The notes beneath the pieces were generated by a model, which did no database searches, was not told where the DNA came from, and was given only the letters and a program-made list of their open reading frames with translations. A program made the translations under genes and the position numbers. Positions 56,760 through 64,000 of a DNA stretch of 64,000 nt are shown piece by piece. How positions within the stretch are numbered: position 1 is the first letter of the stretch; every line of letters begins with the position of its first letter. Origin of the DNA: Octopus vulgaris (Eukaryota); NCBI GenBank assembly GCA_951406725.2, contig OX597822.1, positions 13,206,001-13,270,000 on the forward strand, in the 5' to 3' direction.

Positions 56760-57030
56760 TGTGTGTGTGTGTCAGTATGTTTGCATATGTATTTTCCTAT
56801 GTGTAAATGTATGTTCTAGTGATACATGTTATACACAATAACATAGCTTATATCTATATATACAACTAATACACGCGAGTGTATGACACGTATATACATA
56901 TCTCTACATATATATGTACAAATATGAGTATGTGTGTGTATAAAAATGCATATATATATATATATATATACGTACATATATATATATGTATATATATATG
57001 TGTGTGTGTTTGTGCATTTGTGTGTGTATG

Positions 57031-57069
<39 letters not shown>

Positions 57070-57485
57070 ATTACACAAACATGTTCCAATGTGTTCATGC
57101 GTGTATACATCTATATTAAAGATTATTTTGCCAAGGAGTACAATGGCTTCATTTTTATTTTTCATGTTGTGGCTGTTATTTCCTTTGTTTTTACCATTTT
57201 CCATTTATCTTTTTTAATATACAGTTATTATTTTTTGTTCTTTACACAATATTTTCCGATAACTGATCACAAAGGAAATAGATACGTAATGTTTTCACTG
57301 TGGATGGTGATGGATAAGGAAAGAGGTGTTAGGAGAGAGCGGAGAGAAAGAATGAGATATAGAAGGGAGTGAGGTAATACACGAGAGAGACAGAGAGCAA
57401 AGCAGAGAGCGATCATGTGACTAAGTAATTTGTAAAAATATCTGTCTAGGCACAGAGTGAATAGGCGAATGTACGAGAGAAAAGG

Positions 57486-57516
<31 letters not shown>

Positions 57517-57678
57517 GGGAAGGAGCGAGAGGGAGAGATTGCTAAAGAGAAAGGGAGAAGCGCTATATATATATATGTATTTATATATGCATATTTATAT
57601 ATACACATATATACATGTATTTATGTATACATATACATATATATACATGTATATATATGTGTATACACATATTTACAT

Positions 57679-57738
<60 letters not shown>

Positions 57739-58011
57739 ACACACATATACACACAATGTACTTGTATATAGATAGCTGTACATGAATTTATCATATGTTT
57801 CAATATATACACTTATATATGTGTGTGTGTGCGTGTGTGCATGAGTGTGTGTGCGTGTGTGTGTGTATGCATATATATGCATATAAACATACATATATTT
57901 ATATCTATTATATATATATATGCATAAAACATATCAACATACATTCACATATACATATTTAATATATCATGTGTGTGTGTGTCTGTGTTTGTGTGCGTGT
58001 GTGTACATATT

Positions 58012-58099
<88 letters not shown>

Positions 58100-58175
58100 T
58101 ATATGTGTATGTGTGTGTGTGTGTGTGTATGTGTGTGTGTGTGTATGTAAATATGTGTATACACATATATATACA

Positions 58176-58209
<34 letters not shown>

Positions 58210-58594
58210 CACACACACACAAATAAACACATGCTTAACTTTGAAGTATCATATTGCACATATCACCAAGTCTGTAACTAAGCTAATCGTTATTATACGT
58301 CAACAATTAAATTAGTTTCAGCTGCCGATTGAAAGTCTGTCGGCATATTTGGCTATGTTACTCTTATCGCCGATTGTGTTCATCATCTTTGCTGTCGTCA
58401 TCTTCGTCGTCATCGTTTTTCTCATCATCGTCGTCATCATCATCATTATCATCATCATCATCATCATCGTCATCATCATCATCCCCTTCGTCACCACTGC
58501 TATCATCATGTGCTTTTCTTTTTTCAGTCTGTACTCTGTGTGTGTGTGCATATGTGTATGTATGTGTTTGTGTTGGTGTATGTGTGTGTATGTA

Positions 58595-58646
<52 letters not shown>

Positions 58647-58659
58647 TTTGAGTCTATGT

Positions 58660-58945
58660 AGCTCTACCACCGCTTGGCAACCGGTGTTGGGGGGAACATG
58701 TCTCCATAACTTAGCAATTTAGCAAAAAAATATCAAACAAAAAAAACGAAATGAAAGAATTCGTCGCAGGCTTTGAAATAAAAAGTACCAGGGCCGATTC
58801 TTTCAAATAAAAATTCCTTAAGGTGCTGCCCCAGCATGGCTGCAGTCATATGGCTGTAGTTAATATACGAAAAAAACACGAATGGTAAATAAACGCCAGT
58901 GCTCCAGCGTAGCCACAGCTCTGAGCTGAAACTACAAAAAGAAAA
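58660..58945 (+). mobile_element. Old OR2-related SINE 3' part
   Basis: accaccgcttggcaaccggtgttgg..taacttagc..ggtgctgccccagcatggctgcagtc. Confidence 0.65.
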
Positions 58946-59327
58946 CGGGACACACATATACACACGCACACATGCACATATATGTATGTGTGTGTGTGTT
59001 TGTATGTATAAGCGTAATCAGGTATGTTTGTACCTGTGTTCAGTTACGTAAAGCACATGGCTAAACGTCTGTGCGTATGGGCAATGCTTGTTTCAAGCCA
59101 TTTTAAGATGTGTTCTGTTTTCTTTCAATTTCAGAATATTCTTCGTGAAATGTGTGCAGTGGCTTTAGTGCTATTTTGTAACTTCCGAAAAATTTTCATT
59201 ATATTTTTTGTAATTTCCAGGAAAGTTATTATCTTGAGATTAGGGATAACATCCTCATGTCCTGTTTCTTTCTATTTCTAGATCTATATATTAATATATT
59301 TGTTCACGTAACTGTTTAACTAATTGT

Positions 59328-60030
<703 letters not shown>

Positions 60031-60344
60031 ATAATAATAATAGAAGTGAAATTGAACCAGTGCATGTTTATCATTGGCATAATGACCCTCCAGAAATACC
60101 ACGGAATATCTTTCCTTATTCGGTTCACATGAAGAATCTTTCAAACAAAATACAACAGCGAAATAAATTAGTCAACTCACCACCATTTTTTATAGAAATT
60201 TACTGTCTTCCTTTGGTATAATTATGAGCCAATTATTTATCTGGCTGTCTTTCATAATAAAATTAAGTGCGAGCTAAAATACTCTGCTTTATATAACAAA
60301 TCTAATTAATAAAAGTGATTTTTCAATTCATGGAGACTACATCT

Positions 60345-60670
60345 ATAAAGAAAAAGGATGAAGGGCAAAGTCGACCTCAGCGGCATTTCAACTCAGAAGA
60401 GTAAGCTGGAAGAAATCCGACGTGCAAACGATTCTGCCCGTTTGCCTCTTTAGTGATAATAACAATCTTTTCCAGTATAGGCACCAGGCACCACCATCAA
60501 CTTTGTGCATTAATGGGTGATAATTTCCTCGATTACTTAGACCCAATTGTTCATATGTTACTTATTTCATCGACCCTAGCGTAATTTGAACTCAAAACGT
60601 AATGAGTCGGAAGAAACGTCGCTAAGCATTTTGCCTGGCGTACTGACGATCCTGCCAGGTCGCCAGCAGA
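60345..60670 (-). mobile_element. Two OR1-like SINE remnants
   Basis: aaaggatgaagggcaaagtcgacctc..aactcagaa and gctaagcattttgcctggcg..gacgatcctgcca. Confidence 0.7.
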
Positions 60671-60676
60671 ATTTTT

Positions 60677-61911
<1,235 letters not shown>

Positions 61912-63007
61912 TAATTAATTAATTAATTAAATACCTTGGAATCCTTCAAGATTATGATTTGTCAATCTCATTAACAATTTATAGGGTAATTCTTTGAAAT
62001 TTGTGCGAGAAACATTTTAGGTTTTACCTTAATCCTGAAAGTGTTTTGTAAACAACACCGAAAATTAATATCGAATGAATGCGCGCACGTTGGTTAGTGC
62101 GGGAGTATTTGTGTGTATACGTAGATGTTTGTGAGTGTGCGTGCGTCTGTGCATGAGTGTGTGTATATGTATTAGCGATAACGTGCATTTGTATACGAAT
62201 GTAATTGTGAATGTGTTTATATAAGCATGAGTGTGTGTGTGTATATGTGTGTACATGTGTGTGAGACAGAGAGTGAAGAGAATGCGTATATACGCGCGCA
62301 CACACACACACACACAAACACCTGCACACACATACATATACCAAGGCACACACATATATGTATACATATATGTGTGTGTGTGTATGTATATATATGATTA
62401 TAAAATCGTATACATATATATTGACTGGATTATATGTACATTCGTATATAAATATGTGTGTATATACATTTACCTGGCTATCTATTGCTCCGTGTATGCT
62501 AACGTATATCTGTGTAAGTGTGAATGCAAGCTTGAGAACGTTTATAAGTGTGTTTGCGCGCGTGTATAGATTAAGCTTGTGTGAGCATGTGTTTGTGAGC
62601 TTCTGAATATCCTTGTTTGCGCATGCGTATAACTTTATATGTATATGTCAGCGTCACGGCGTTTTGTTATAGAAGTGTTAAAACAACCACATTTCGGAAT
62701 ATTATATCGTATCTGTGAATTAATATTAAATATATGAATATCATTTTCTGTATCTAATTAATTTTTTTTTAATTAAATAAATCATTTAACGAGAATTTTA
62801 AATAGGCAATCCATCGGAAATGAATATCAAGGAACTAGGTATAATGTCATTAAATTGGACTTTTATATTAATTGATTGCATGTTTTTGGTCATCTACATC
62901 GTTGGAATGACACTACATAAATTCAACGGATACTCATTGGAATGCGAAACTATAATTGTGTATGTGTGTTTGAATATCTGTTTCTATGTGCGTGTGTGTG
63001 TGTGTGA

Positions 63008-63054
<47 letters not shown>

Positions 63055-63281
63055 TGTGTTTGTTTAATACATGTGTTTAATACATGTGTGCTTGTATCTA
63101 TGGGTGTGATTTAGGAGAGAGTTGTCATAATGTGTGAAGAAAATGTTCACGCAATCCGTGTCTCTGAATCTGGCTTTGGTTTCCGCTCTTAGCGATGTCA
63201 ATTATCATGTTAATGTCTTTGGAATAATGCATTAATGTGTTATACAATGTACGTACGCATGAATGTATATATGTATGCATG

Positions 63282-63315
<34 letters not shown>

Positions 63316-63355
63316 TCTATCTATCTATCTATATATGTACTATATATGTACGTAT

Positions 63356-63388
<33 letters not shown>

Positions 63389-63389
63389 C

Positions 63390-63424
<35 letters not shown>

Positions 63425-63525
63425 TATATATATATATATATATATAGATATATATATACATATATATATACATAAACACATGTATATTTATACACTCACG
63501 TATATATATGTAATTATGTACGTGC

Positions 63526-63568
<43 letters not shown>

Positions 63569-64000
63569 CATACATATACATACATACATACATACATACA
63601 TACATACATACATACATACATACATACATACATACATGCATGCATGCAGAGAGAGAGAATGAGTGATATTTTACGTCGGAGAAAATGTGGTATAACTTAG
63701 TGTTCTATGTCGATTTGAATACGGTGTTTATAAAACTGTGTGTATGTGAGTGCGTGTGTGTGAGAGAGAGAGACATAGAGGGAGAGAGAGGGGGGAATGA
63801 GAGAGAGTTTCTGTAGATGTATCCAGGAAGGACTCATCCAACACTGCAGCCGATTCTTTTACACAACATTAGCATGTTTCAGTAGTCTGTACCAGAAAGC
63901 AATCTCCTCTCCTCGTGCGTAAACTTCTCTCTTCCAGCTTACTTCCAGCCCCTACCACTGACCCTCAACTTCGACCCTCAGCTTCACATTCTGCTTAACC

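Noticed and set aside
63810-64000. Possible RTE LINE 3' end on the minus strand
   Set aside because: Too decayed and cut by the window edge to call.

Overview
Repeat-dense, AT-rich eukaryotic intergenic or intronic DNA, most likely from an Octopus (cephalopod) genome. The species is inferred from OR1/OR2/OK-type tRNA-derived SINEs and the extreme load of (TA)n, (TACA)n, (GATA)n, (AAT)n and (GAT)n microsatellites. No intact host protein-coding gene is supported, and almost all listed ORFs are microsatellite artefacts. The window is a mosaic of transposon relics: mariner, hAT, pogo/Tigger, Helitron, Ty3/gypsy gag, Penelope (GIY-YIG), L1/Tx1, RTE, HERO and Dong/R4 LINEs, plus many SINEs. Three signals stand out. 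(1) A near-perfect head-to-tail 537-538 bp tandem at 38263-39401 in which each unit carries a type-I hammerhead ribozyme with an intact core (candidate non-LTR retrozyme or Penelope pLTR array, predicted 537-nt monomer). (2) Several more, sequence-unrelated minimal hammerheads, one embedded in a 55-bp inverted repeat. (3) An apparently full-length 2.28-kb ORF1-only (HAL1-like) L1/Tx1 derivative with a 15-bp target-site duplication inside a SINE. All calls were made by eye from the sequence; no database searches were run and boundaries are approximate unless stated.
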